From Oikopleura dioica (lineage: Eukaryota; Animalia; Chordata), in assembly GCA_907165135.1 (NCBI GenBank), contig OU015566.1:12524001-12588000 (forward strand): a stretch of 64,000 nt of DNA. Reading direction: 5' to 3'. This document shows positions 38,705 through 50,341 of this stretch, piece after piece. Position numbers and translations under genes: made by a program. Positions within the stretch are counted from its first letter, which is position 1, and each line of letters opens with the position of its first letter. The notes under the pieces are model-generated. The model had not been told where the DNA came from, searched no databases, and worked only from the letters and a program-made list of their open reading frames with translations.

Positions 38705-41700
38705 ATGACTTCACTAGAACTCTGGAGTTCTCTGACGTCTTGCATCGGCGAAATAAATGAAAGAGATATTGGCAAGCTTGCTGCGGGCAGATTGATCCTC
38801 TTTGACAAGATAATTTCACGAGCTTCCAAAGGTTTTGGTTTAAACTTCAAAGCACATTTGAATAACTAGCACCTGAGCAAGTCTTAAACTATGAAAAGCT
38901 GATATTCTCGAGGCAATTTCTATCTACAGAAAATTAAAGGATGTTTTTGGCAATAATGACGATGGTCTTGCTTTGTCAGAACCTTTTAATGAGGAATGGG
39001 GTAGCGAAAAAATCATAAACGAGTTTTAAAGACGAATAAAATTACCCTACTACAGATGGAAACGAACCTGTATCGAATCGATGGTCAGGAAGAGACGCTG
39101 TATCTCCCAGGAGGATACGCAGGTTAGTGATTCAACAAAAGATAAGTTTTCCGAGGCCTTCGGACATACTTTTCCGAAGAAAAAGATCAAGATTAAGTCG
39201 TAGCCTCAAACAAATAAAGTTTGAAATTTCTTGGAGAAACTTGTCGAGTAGGGCTGGAATATGAGCCCGAAGACCGACGTTTTTCGTCAATTATCGATCA
39301 AGATTTCTTACGGGAATGATTTCTCAAATTGCTTTCAGGACTGTATTTGGTTATGAATCAGAGTAACCGCGAACACGAGTTCAAATCGCGAAACACTGAT
39401 GCACACACTTTTGAAGAGCTCATGAAAGTGGATATGGAAAATGGCGCCAGTGCAAGTCATTTTCGAGTTGTAGCGAGTTTCACCTTCAACTTCGACATAT
39501 TGAAGAGTGAACTTTGGGATCGATGTAAGCTTCTTTTTCAGACAGTAAACAAACTTTGTCTCAAGACACGATAAACTGGAAATACAAAATCGGCGGATAC
39601 AGTGTCCTCACAGCGCCCAACGAGTTCATCGCACGAGTTTTGATAAATATCTGTCCATACTCGAAGGAAGAAATCTACGAGATGCTCCTGACAACCGACA
39701 ATACGATGGTTTTCTTGATGACTCAGATGCTCAAAGATTTAAGCGTCAAGGAAGCACAAGAAGTGGTCTCGATGCCAACTCAAGTTGCCCTGTCATTTCC
39801 TTATTATGCGACTCGGCGGTACTACCGCTCCACGATCTTTCTCCTCGACAATTTTCCCAATCTCGAGCTGAATTTCTGCAGCCTCTTTCACAACAGCCCT
39901 GGGTTGGTTTTCAAGCCGCTGATTGAGCGTCTTCTTGAAAGAGGCCTGAATCCCTTCATTGCTCCGAAGTACGGTGCGATCGATCCGACTTTCGTGAACT
40001 GGTATCTTTACGAATACGCCTTCGATGCGCACGAGGATTTGAAAGATTGCAGGCTGAAGAAGGAGATGTACTTCCGCGTAGATTCTTTCACCCAGTACAA
40101 GGAGGAAATCGAGCAACTTGAGATCTACGATAAGCTGGTTAAAAAATACGTCACAGGACACGGACCAGATGGAACTGCTCTGACAACTACGTATACTTCA
40201 TGGTACGACATTGAATGCAACGAAAGCTGCACTGTATGTTGCAATCAGGCAATTCCCTCGATGAGGCATTTCTTTGGTCAACTCATCAAGAAGAACAAGG
40301 TTCTCGGGCATGGAGGACAAGGATCTGTCTACGAATGCACCTGGCACGGTGAAAAAGCAGCGGCGAAATTCATCCCCAACCGAGGAGTTCACATAGCCAA
40401 GACTCTACAAAAAGCCCCTGAACAGCTCATGGATCCGATGCGAGAAAAGAAAATGAAGCAGTACTTCACAAGCCAGGCTTCTGAGTTTTACATCGGACGC
40501 AAGATCAAACATCCTCATGTCTTGCGAATGCTCGACTTTTTCTTGCAGCATAAAAACGGCGTGGACGAGTTCGTCATTGTCTCCGAACTTTGCGATGCAA
40601 CTTTGAGCCAGATCGAGTTCAATATGTCATCGTTTATGGAATACTTTCGTCAGGTTTTGTCTTTCGAGAGTTCTAAGATTGGGTAATAATTATAGGTCGC
40701 TGGCGCAATTAAATCGATCGGAGAAAAAGGGTTAACGCATGGTGACGTAAAGCCTGAAAACATACTGCTAAAAAAGATGACACAGGGCTTCTTTCCACTC
40801 GACTTGGGGACTTCGGAATGGCTGGGATTATCGGAGGAACTCCGCTCTTCGTGGCTCCGGAAGTATCAAGAAAATCCATCCCGTATCTATCGGATATCTA
40901 CTCCCTGGGCATCTCGATTCTATTTACAGTTTTTGAGATACAGTTGGCTTTCAAGCTCTATCTCGTCCCAGGTAGTCGTGCCAGTGCTTTCTCAATTCTT
41001 TTTACGGCTGTAGTTGACAACAAGATCCTCCAAGTTGCCAAGAAAAAAATACAGGAAAACGAGCTTGTGCGATTCATAGCACGAATGATCTCCGACGATC
41101 CGACAAAACGGCCGAGCATAGAAGAAGTTGAAGATTTCTTAGGAGGGCAGAAATACTCTGAAAAGAATTCAGAAAGAATAATAACAGCGAAAGATCTCGG
41201 AATCAACAAACACCTACAGGTGATTAGAAGGGACTCGTCTGACGATGTAAAGCGCAGAGCAGACAAATTCAAGCAAAATCCGTTTTCCAACGTAAAAATT
41301 ATGAATTCACTTCATCATTTGTCTTCGTACGCAGAATTATCAAAGGCCGGATGCAATTAAAAATAGCTTATTTCCTTATTCTTCCTTTCTTCCTTCAAAT
41401 TCATCCTTTCAAGACAACAAAAGCGATCAGCAAACGAGTTCACGACCAGGTTCAGTAAAAGCTCAAATCATTTATATGCAGTAATTAGGGTGACTCATTC
41501 AAATGCTGGGCTTTCTCAACTGCCAGCATGCTTCGATCTTCCCTTCGTGAAACAATCAAAGGATTGGTTTTCTTTTGATGCTTTCTTCTTTAGCAAAAAA
41601 AACCTTTTTAAATCAATCAAAAGCGCTTACGAATTTTTCCAAGGAAGAAAAAACTGAGCTTTTGGCTGTTATTGATGATCCATCGCACCACAAGGTTATC

Positions 41701-42382
41701 CTGTGATTAAACAATATATCAATATATTTGTAGACTTTACGATCGGAATTAATGATGAACGTAATTCCGACCAAAATGAATGCGAACGAGGATGAAATTC
41801 AAGCAGCAATGCTTCATCACGTGATGCAACGACTCTCACGGCCTACATTACTCCAGCGAGAAGGTTTGATACAATGAAATACGCAGATTGCTAAGCTACT
41901 GCTAGGGATTCACCTCCTTGGCAGCTTGAAACCGATCTTTGAACGAATCGGACAGGTTCAACCAGTTCTGGAAATCTACTCCCATCCAAGTGAATACGAC
42001 GAGCATGCAGCAGAACTGCGTCAATTTGGAATTATCGGCGATTTTTTCGACGCCCTAGATTACAAAAAAACCCTCGTTTGCCCAGTCAAGTATCATCTGC
42101 AGTGATTTTCATTGTTGCTTATTTGATATTTCAAGCACTGGATTGATGAACGTAAAACATGCAATGTGCCTCTACGAATTCAATGAAAACGATCATACAT
42201 TCGTCTTCAAAAACAGCTCGTCAGAAGTGACAACGATAACACTTCCGCTTGGAGCATCTGAGGAAAAGGTCAATTTTAATTTCATGCAGCATCTTTTGTG
42301 ATTAAATAAGATTGTACAAGTATTGACCTTTGCAAAGCCCAGAGTTGGATACCACATTTCATTTCTTCGAACATCGCTCTGA
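38705..42382 (+). CDS. Kinase-papain fusion, copy A (unknown N-terminal region + Ser/Thr kinase + papain-like cysteine protease); apparent 1-nt frameshift at ~40771-40775
   Basis: Kinase: LGHGGQGSVY, AAAKF, SEFYIGRKIKHPHV, VSELCD, HGDVKPENILL, DFGMAGIIGGTPLFVAPE, SDIYSLG, DPTKRPS. Protease: VHDQ|GDSFKCWAFST, KHAMCLYEF, FVFKNSS. About 13 short exons. Confidence 0.85.
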
Positions 42383-42835
42383 ATTTATTTTTAACTTGAG
42401 CAACTCTCTTTACTTGCTTCTCGTTTTGTTAAATGTTTTTAATAAATCTAAACTGCATTTTCATAATTATTTTTACTGTAAGAACATCCAGACCTTCACA
42501 TCGCCATTCTTGAAAAATTCCAGCAACTAGTTCCCGCTGAACACATTATTCTTCTTCCATTTCAAATTCTTCCACTAAGAAGGGTCCTCCAGGCAAAAAA
42601 AATTAATTGCTCGCTTGGTGTCGCTTATTCCGGCTTTTGTTCTCAAGGCAATCATCATAATCATCGGTAAGAAGTGGCAATACGACATTTATTATCGATC
42701 GCAGCACTCAGACCTGTTCATTTCAATATTGATTTTTATTCGTAAAAGTGTCCATTCCAGCGCATTTTTAAAACTTTTGTCTAGTGCTGAATTTATCTCT
42801 CCACTAGGTCGATAAAAGAGAGAAGTTTATGAGAA

Positions 42836-45800
42836 ATGAGAAGAGAGATCACTCGCCGAAAAAGAACGATGGGTACCTCCGAAATGAGTCGACTAGACTT
42901 CTGGAGTCTTAAAACTTCCAACGCGGACAAAATGCTTGATGAAAGAGATATCTCAGAACTGGCTGCAGGAACGATGATCCTATTTGACACCATTATACAG
43001 CGATCGAGCGAAGGATTCGGTTTGATTAGTAACGGTCGATAATACCATAAAATTGAAAATAAGCCGAAAAAAGATGATATTCTTGAGGCAATTTGTATTT
43101 ACAAAACACTCAAATATCTCATTGGCAAAGATGACAACGATTTTTACATGTCTGATTCTTTCAAAGAGGCAAGAGTTTTCAAGTATCAAAAACTAATTAA
43201 AGTCTTCTGAAGCTTGAAGAACAACTGTACCAAATCGATATCAAGGAAGAGACCCTTTATCTTCCTGGAGGCTATGCAGGTCTTTATTTGGTCATGAACC
43301 AAAGTAATCGAGAGAACGAGTACAAGTCACAAAACACTGACCCTCACACTTTTGAAGAACTCATGAAAATAGACTTGGAAAATGGCGCCAGTGCAAGTCA
43401 TTTTCGCGTGGTTGCCAGCTTTACGTACAACTTTGAAATTCTGAGAAATGAACTTTGGGATCGATGTAAGGGAGCTTTTAGATTTTTTTAGGTTAAATTT
43501 TTTTCAAAAGATCCAATTAATTGGAAGTACAAAATTGGTGGATACACAATTTTTACGGCGACAAATGAGTTCATTATTCGGATTTTGTTCGGGAAAAGCC
43601 CATATTCCAACGAAGAAATCTATGAAATGAACGTTTCGGCAGATGAGACCATGGTCTATTTGATGACCAAAATGCTGGAAGATCTCTCAGTCGATGAAGC
43701 CCAAGAAGTGATCTCAATGCCGACACAGGTCGCGCTCTCCTTTCCATACTACGCGAGCCGACATTATTATCGCTCAACAATTTTTCTGTTGGACAACTTT
43801 CCGAATCTCAACTTGAATTTCTGCGGCTTTTTTGCGAACAACGCCGGGATCATTTTCAAGCCGCTCATGCGAAGACTTCTGCAAAGGGGCTTGAATCCGT
43901 TCATCGCGCCGAAGCATGATAAAGTGGAGCCGAGTTTTGTCAACTGGTATTTGATGGAGTACGCTTTCGAAGCTCACGAGGAATTGAAAGATTGCAGGCT
44001 GGAGAAAGACGTCTACTTCGAAACCAGCTCATTTCAACAATACCAGAAGGAAATCGAGGAGCTAGATATTTACGACGAATTGATCAAAAAATACGTAACT
44101 GGATATGCGAGCGACGGTACAGCTCTAACAACCACTTACAACTCGTGGTACGACATAAAGTGCAATCCGGACTGCGCTGAAGATTGCAATCAGTCCATTC
44201 CATCCATGCGACACTTTTTCGGGCAGCTCATTGAGAAAAAGAACCTTCTCGGGAACGGAGGTCAAGGATCAGTCTACAAATGCTCCTGGCATGGCGAACA
44301 AGCAGCCGCCAAATTCATTTCTAATCGAGGAATCCATCTTCAAGAATTCCTACGAACGAAGCCTGAAAAACTGATGAACGCACTACGAGAGAAGAAAATG
44401 AGGCAGCTCTTCACAAGCCAGGCTTCTGAGTTTTACATTTGCAGGGAAATGCAGCATCCATTTGTTCTGAGAATGTTCGACTTTTTCTTGCAGCATCGAA
44501 ATGGTGTCGACGAGTTCGTCATTGTCTCCGAACTTTGTGATGCAACACTGAACCAGATTGAGTTTAATATGTCATCTTTCATGAACTATTTTCTACAGGT
44601 TTTATTTTTAAGATCTCAAAATATTCAAATGCGAAATTTTAGGTCGCGGATGCAATCAAATCCATTGGAGAAAAAGGACTTTCACATGGTGACGTAAAGC
44701 CCGAAAATATTCTTCTCAAACGAGATGAAGCTGGGGAACTTTCCGTCAGACTAGCTGATTTCGGGCTGGCCGGAATCGTTGGCGGAACTCCTCTATTCAT
44801 GGCGCCGGAAGTCCTGAAAAAATCGATACCACTTTTTTCCGACATCTACTCTTTGGGAATATCGATACTGTTCACTGTTTTTGAGATACAGTTGGCCTTC
44901 AAACTGTACCTCATTCCAGGTAGAAGGCCTTGAATTTTGAATTTAAAATTTTTTTAGTTGACAGCAACGTCCTCCGGACGGCAAAATTGATAGCGCACGA
45001 AAATGACTTGATAAGTTTCATTTCGAAAATGATCGCCGATGATCCACAAAAACGACCAAGCATTGAAGAAATCGAAGAATTTTTGACCATCCAGCGCGTC
45101 ACACAAAGCAGAGACAGAAAAATTACAGCGAAGGATCTCGGAATCAAGGAGGACTTGCAAATCATAGAAAGGAGTATTTCGAATGACGTGAAGCGGAGAG
45201 CCGAGAGATTCGAGCACTGTCCGTTTTCGAGAGTGAATATTATGAACTCATTGAATCATTTGACGTCTTATGAAGAATTATCGAAGGCCGGATATTTTTA
45301 ATAAAATTGGAATTTTTAGTTTTATTTCAAAATTGAATTATTATGGTTCTGAACGATAAAAAATTATATCTCCTGCAAAGACAACTAAAATGATCAGCAA
45401 AGTAGTTCACGACCAGGTTAAAATAATTAATTTTTTTTAACAAAAATGCGTTGTCTCTAGGGCGACTCATTCAAGTGCTGGGCTTTTTCTACAGCGAGCA
45501 TGTTACGATCTTCCCTTCGTGAGACAATAAAAGGACTCGTTTCTTATTAAATTTGGTAAAATTTTGCATGAAATCATCTTTGAACGAAGAAAAAGCATTG
45601 TCAACTTTCTCCGAAGACGACAAAAATCAACTTCTAGCTATTCTTGACGATTCCGCACACCATAAGGTTTGCAAATGTCGGATTTCCTGAAAGAAACAAT
45701 ATTAAGACGCTAAGATCCGAGCTGATGATGAACGTGATTCCAACAAAAATGAACGCAAATGAAGACCAAATCCAAGCAGCACTGGTTCATCACGTGATGC

Positions 45801-46346
45801 AACGACTCTCCCGACCAACTCTTCTCCAACGAGAAGGTGAGCATCAACGTTCATCTATTCTACCGGTAATATTGATTAGGTATTCATCTTCTGGGCAGCT
45901 TGAAACCAATCCTCGATCGAATCGGTCAAGTTCAACCTGTGCTTGAAATATACTCGCATCCTACAGAATACGACAAATACTCAGCGAATCTGCGTTCGCT
46001 CGGGATCATTGGAGATTTTCTCACTGCCATCGATCAAAGAAAGACTCTTGTTTGCCCAGTCAAGTAAGATCTGAAAAACCAGCATCTTCAATCTTTGATT
46101 TTCTTATCTAGTACCGGATTGGCAGATATGAAGCATGCCATGTGCCTCTACGGATTCGACGAAGAAGATAGTACATTCATCTTCAAGAACAGCTCGTCAG
46201 AAAACACAACGATCAAGGTTCCCCTTTCCTCTTCTCAGGTCGAGGTCATTGATTGCACACAACTAAAAGTCAAACTAAACGTTCTGATGACCTCGATTCA
46301 GCCAAAACTTGGCTACCACATTTCATTCGTTCGAATAGCGAATTAG
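42836..46346 (+). CDS. Kinase-papain fusion, copy B (tandem paralogue, frame intact)
   Basis: LGNGGQGSVY, AAAKF, HGDVKPENILL, LADFGLAGIVGGTPLFMAPE, SDIYSLG, DPQKRPS. Then VHDQ|GDSFKCWAFSTASMLRSSL, KHAMCLYGF, FIFKNSS. Colinear with copy A. Confidence 0.88.
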
Positions 46347-46720
46347 TTCAGAAAATCTAAATGTTTGCCCTCTAGGTTATAAAGTTCAAATAAATGATAA
46401 TTGTTCATGTCCCTATGTCAATCATGCTAAGATTCTTTCTTGAGTATTGATTTTAAAAGTAAATTACTGTAGTAAGTGCAGTGCCTCTACGTTGTGAGGA
46501 AATGAAACTTCGCCCAAAGAAATAAAACTAAAATTGAACGGAAATATTTTTTGGCAGATGATTATTGACGACAGCAACATCTGGGGAGCGAGAAATGGCA
46601 AAACTTATCGAGATTGATTTGTGGAAATTATTATAATGAATCTCCCTCGATATGAGAAACGCACAATTTGAAGCTTCGCATCCTTGATGAAGTTGAGCGT
46701 TGAAATATAAACGTAAGATT

Positions 46721-47993
46721 CTATAAGTTTTCGTAAATAAAATTGAGTACAGAAAATTTGCTCGCATTAAAATGCCATTTATCAGAAATCCAGACTTGAA
46801 GAGGACCAGTAAAGACATCTTCCTCTTTGAATGACCATGATTTGATAATGTTTCCATTGAAAAGCACTTTTTTATCAAATTTTCTCGTTTCGTCGTTAAA
46901 TCGTTGCTCAATCTAAGAAATCAAAAAAATCAGGGTGGTCATGTTTACCTCAAGACATTGAAACTGTCCAAGCAAAGCATCAATCAAAAACTCCTTGACA
47001 ATATTCCGAGGTCGATTGGAAACTGTTATCATCATTTTTGTTTGGTAACCCTTCGCATTGAAGACAGAGAAAAATCCATCACCGAAAGCAGTGAAATTGT
47101 TAGATCCTCGTGTGTGAATCTTTTGTGGGGTGAATTAATGCAATTATAAGCTAGTTTTTGACAAGTTCAGCCCATGAATGAATAGCATTAGCTCCGTTGT
47201 CCAAATTCGCTTCTTCTGGAAAATTAATTCCCACTCTTATACGGAACTCTTTTGTTGCATTTATTTCTCCCTTCTTTGTATTCTTGTTAGGCGTCCATGG
47301 TGTTTCGCCGATAATTTTGACACAGTTATCACGGCTCATGCAATTCGAGGGACATGGATTTGAAGGATCTTGCGATGTTGTAGTTGTAGTCATAATCGTA
47401 CTTGTTTTTGTCTTTGTGGAAGTTGTCGTGGAAGAAGTTGTAATTTTAGTAGTCGAACTCGTCGTAGTAGTCGAGGTCGTTGTAGTCGTTGTAGTCGTTG
47501 TTGTCGTGGTGGTCGTAGTGGTCGTTGTAATCGTAGTCGTTGTTGTCGAAGTGGTCGTAGTTGTTGTAGTCGTCGAGGTCGTTGTAGTCGTTCTTGTCGT
47601 TGTTGTTGTTGTGGTCGTAGTGGTCATAGTTGTGGACGCCGTTGTAGTCGAAGTGGTCGTCGTATTTGTTTTAGTTGTCGTTGTTATCGTTTTAGTTGTT
47701 GTTATTTTAGCTGTTTTAGTTGTAGTTTCTATCGTAGTCGTGAAAGTTATAGTCGATAGCGTTGTCGTTGCAATCATAGTTGCTGTTTTAGTATTAGTTT
47801 TAGTCGTTGCCATTAAAGTCGAAGTTAAAGTTTCGTTGAGAATAGCATTAGCGGTTGTCGTCTTTAATTGATTTTCCGTCGCTGTAGATATCGTATAATC
47901 TTTCTCAAAGGACTCTTTAGTATTCAAATAAGTTGGGGTGAGTAGAACGCAAATAAATAGTGCCAGCGGAATTATATAAAAAAGTTCTCTCAT
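46721..47993 (-). CDS. N-terminally anchored Thr-rich mucin-stalk protein with a C-terminal lectin/LamG-like domain, paralogue A
   Basis: Hydrophobic N-terminus LFYIIPLALFICVLL, poly-Thr (ACN)n tract, then DPSNPCPSNC..C..ATKEFRIRVGINFP..AIHSW|IHTRGSNNFTAFGDGFFSVFN..GQFQCLE|IEQRF..LFNGNIIKSW..FTGPLQVWISDKW..FIYENL*. Confidence 0.8.
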
Positions 47994-48167
47994 CTTTTCC
48001 TGATGAAAGAAAGTTCGTCTATATATTTAGAACTGTTGACAGTTGCCACTGGTTATCGACTCGAAGTTGGCATTGATAACTTATCAGTGGACAAAAAAAG
48101 ATAATAAAACGTCTTCAGCAGTCAAATAAAAAGAAGGACTGTTTATTTTAAATTTTAAAACATTTTA

Positions 48168-49929
48168 TTAAAAGGATTCATAAATAAAATTAAGAACAGA
48201 AAGTCTTCCCCCTTGTGGATGCCATTTATCAGATATCCAGACTTGAAGAGGACCAGTGAATACGTCATCTGGGGAAATGTTCCAGGATTCGATTCTATTA
48301 CCATTGAAAAGGACTTGTTGATGAAGCTTTCCTGTTTCCGCGTTAAGTCGCTGCTCGACCTAAAAAGGCAAATTTTGAGATAATGAGACCTTTTTATTTA
48401 CAGAAAGACATTGAAATTGACCAAGAACTGCGTCGATCATTAGCTCGTGGATGATTTTCCAAGGTCGATTTGAAATTGTTATCAGCAACTTTGTTTGATA
48501 TCCGACAGGATTGAAGACTGAGAAGAAACCATCACCAAAATCAGTAAAATTATTTGAATTTTTCGTGTGAATCTTTTTAAGGGGGTAGAAACAGCTTTCT
48601 CGATTTTGGACTGTAGCTACATAAAAGAAAACATAAGATTTATTAATGTTAACGGAAATTCCTCATAAATGTTCTTAGAAAAGGGGTTGAGGTTTACAAA
48701 ACTGTGAATGAAATTTATTTAACTATTAAGTGACTCGAGATATTCGTGTTTGAAAAGTGGCGAAAATCGAGAATTTCGGAGAGATGAGTTGCTTCTGAGC
48801 CCGTCTACTCAAAAATTTGATAACTAAAACAAATTTCGAGGGAGATGTTCCTAGATCTAAGATGTATCTATCTAAATCTGAAGAGAAAATTTGAAAATGA
48901 AACATGCTCTTGTCTGTAGCGCCGGTCAAAAATCGCCTTTTTCGGGAAAAAGCTGTTTCTACCCCCTTAAGGATTGAAAACGTTTTATTATTTAATGATT
49001 TTAGTATTTTGAATCCATAAATGAATGATATTAGCGCCATTATTCTCTGTCGCTAAATCAGGGAAATTTATTCCGACCGTCAGGCGAAATTCTTTTGTTG
49101 CAACTATATTTTTCCTCCTAGTGGCATGGGCTGGCTTGAGAGGTTCTTCCCCAACGATTATAACACAATTTTCAGGGTCAAGACAATTTGATGGACAAGG
49201 ATCTGAGGGATCTTGCATTGTTGTTGTTGTTGAAGTGGATGAAGAGGATGTTGATGTGGTGGATTTTGTTGTTGGTGATGTTTTCATGGTCGTTGTTGAT
49301 TCGATTGTTGATTTTGCAGCAGAGAACGTCGTTGACTTCACCGTTGTTGCTGTCTTTGTCGTTGATGTTTTTGTTGTTGTTGTTGCAGCCCGTGTTGTTA
49401 TTGTCGAAGTTGTCATCGTCGACGCAGTAGTTGGAGCTAATTTTGTTGAAAATGTACTTGTAAATATCAGATTTTTTGTTGAATAACTTATTGTAGCCAT
49501 GGTTGTTGGATAGTTTGTTGGCGTTGTTTTTCCTTCCGATACCATCGTTGTGGACGATTTTGCTGTAGTAAGATTATCTGTTTGGAGGCTCATAATGTTG
49601 GTCGTTGAGATAAAATTGAGATTGCTCTCTGTTTGTCCATCTTGAGTTGTTTGATAAATCTTTGTTGTCTTGATAAGCGTCGTTTGTTCTGTTGTATCCG
49701 CCGTTATTTCTTCTAGTGATGCTGATGAACTTATGCTGGTTCTTTCTGTTGTGAAGAAGAAATCATGATTTGACTCCCCTTCTGGTTCTGTTGTCGTCTG
49801 TAAAGATGTTTGAAAACTCTCTGTAACCGGAACTTGCTCTTTTTGAAGATAAAGGGGAGTTAAAACGACGGTAACTAACGCACTGAATGTAAAACTCAAG
49901 ATAAAAAAGGCTCGAATTATGGGACGCAT
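48168..49929 (-). CDS. Mucin-stalk/lectin-like protein, paralogue B
   Basis: MRPIIRAFFILSFTFSALVTVVLTPLYL, Thr/Ser-rich stalk, DPSDPCPSNC..ATKEFRLTVGINFP..IIHLW|IHTKNSNNFTDFGDGFFSVFN..GQFQCLS|VEQRL..FTGPLQVWISDKW..FIYESF*. Same exon structure as A. Confidence 0.8.
48581..48966. mobile_element. 386-bp MITE with TTAA target duplication and purine-start termini (Kolobok-like), in an intron of mucin-lectin B
   Basis: 18-bp TIR GGGGGTAGAAACAGCTTT, with TTAA at 48577-48580 and 48967-48970. Confidence 0.8.
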
Positions 49930-50138
49930 TTTATTCGAAAGAAAAAAGTAAGACAAGATCTTGTACGCGATCACACAGCTTTATTTGCATTGCTGTCGAT
50001 AAACAACATTTCCTGCGAATATGCGACGTTATCAGGAAGTTTTAAATCCGCCGAACTTGAATAGAAGATAACGAGCTATTTTGATATAGCATGATGGTTT
50101 ATTATCGAAGCAGTATAAGTTACTCTGTACTATAGAGT

Positions 50139-50326
50139 CTATAGAGACTCGTAGATGAAGTTGAGAACAGAAAATCTTCCCGCCTGTGCATTCCATCGAT
50201 CAAAAATCCAAACTACCAGGGGCCCAGTAAAAACTTCTTCTCGTTCAAAAGACTAGGATTTGATTATGTTGAGATTGAAAAATAAATTACTGTCAAACTT
50301 GAATTTTCGGTAGCAACTGTGCTCAC
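50139..50326 (-). pseudogene. Orphan remnant of the last exon of the mucin-lectin family
   Basis: NIIKS*SFEREEVFTGPLVVWIFDRWNAQAGRFSVLNFIYESL*. The conserved Trp codon is TAG. No upstream exons before the SLC38 stop. Confidence 0.75.
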
Positions 50327-50341
50327 TTCAAAAATATATTA

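Noticed and set aside
47197-47871. Long plus-strand poly-Val and Cys/Ser/Arg ORFs
   Set aside because: Antisense shadows of the (ACN)n Thr tract of mucin-lectin A. The same applies to 49025-49486.
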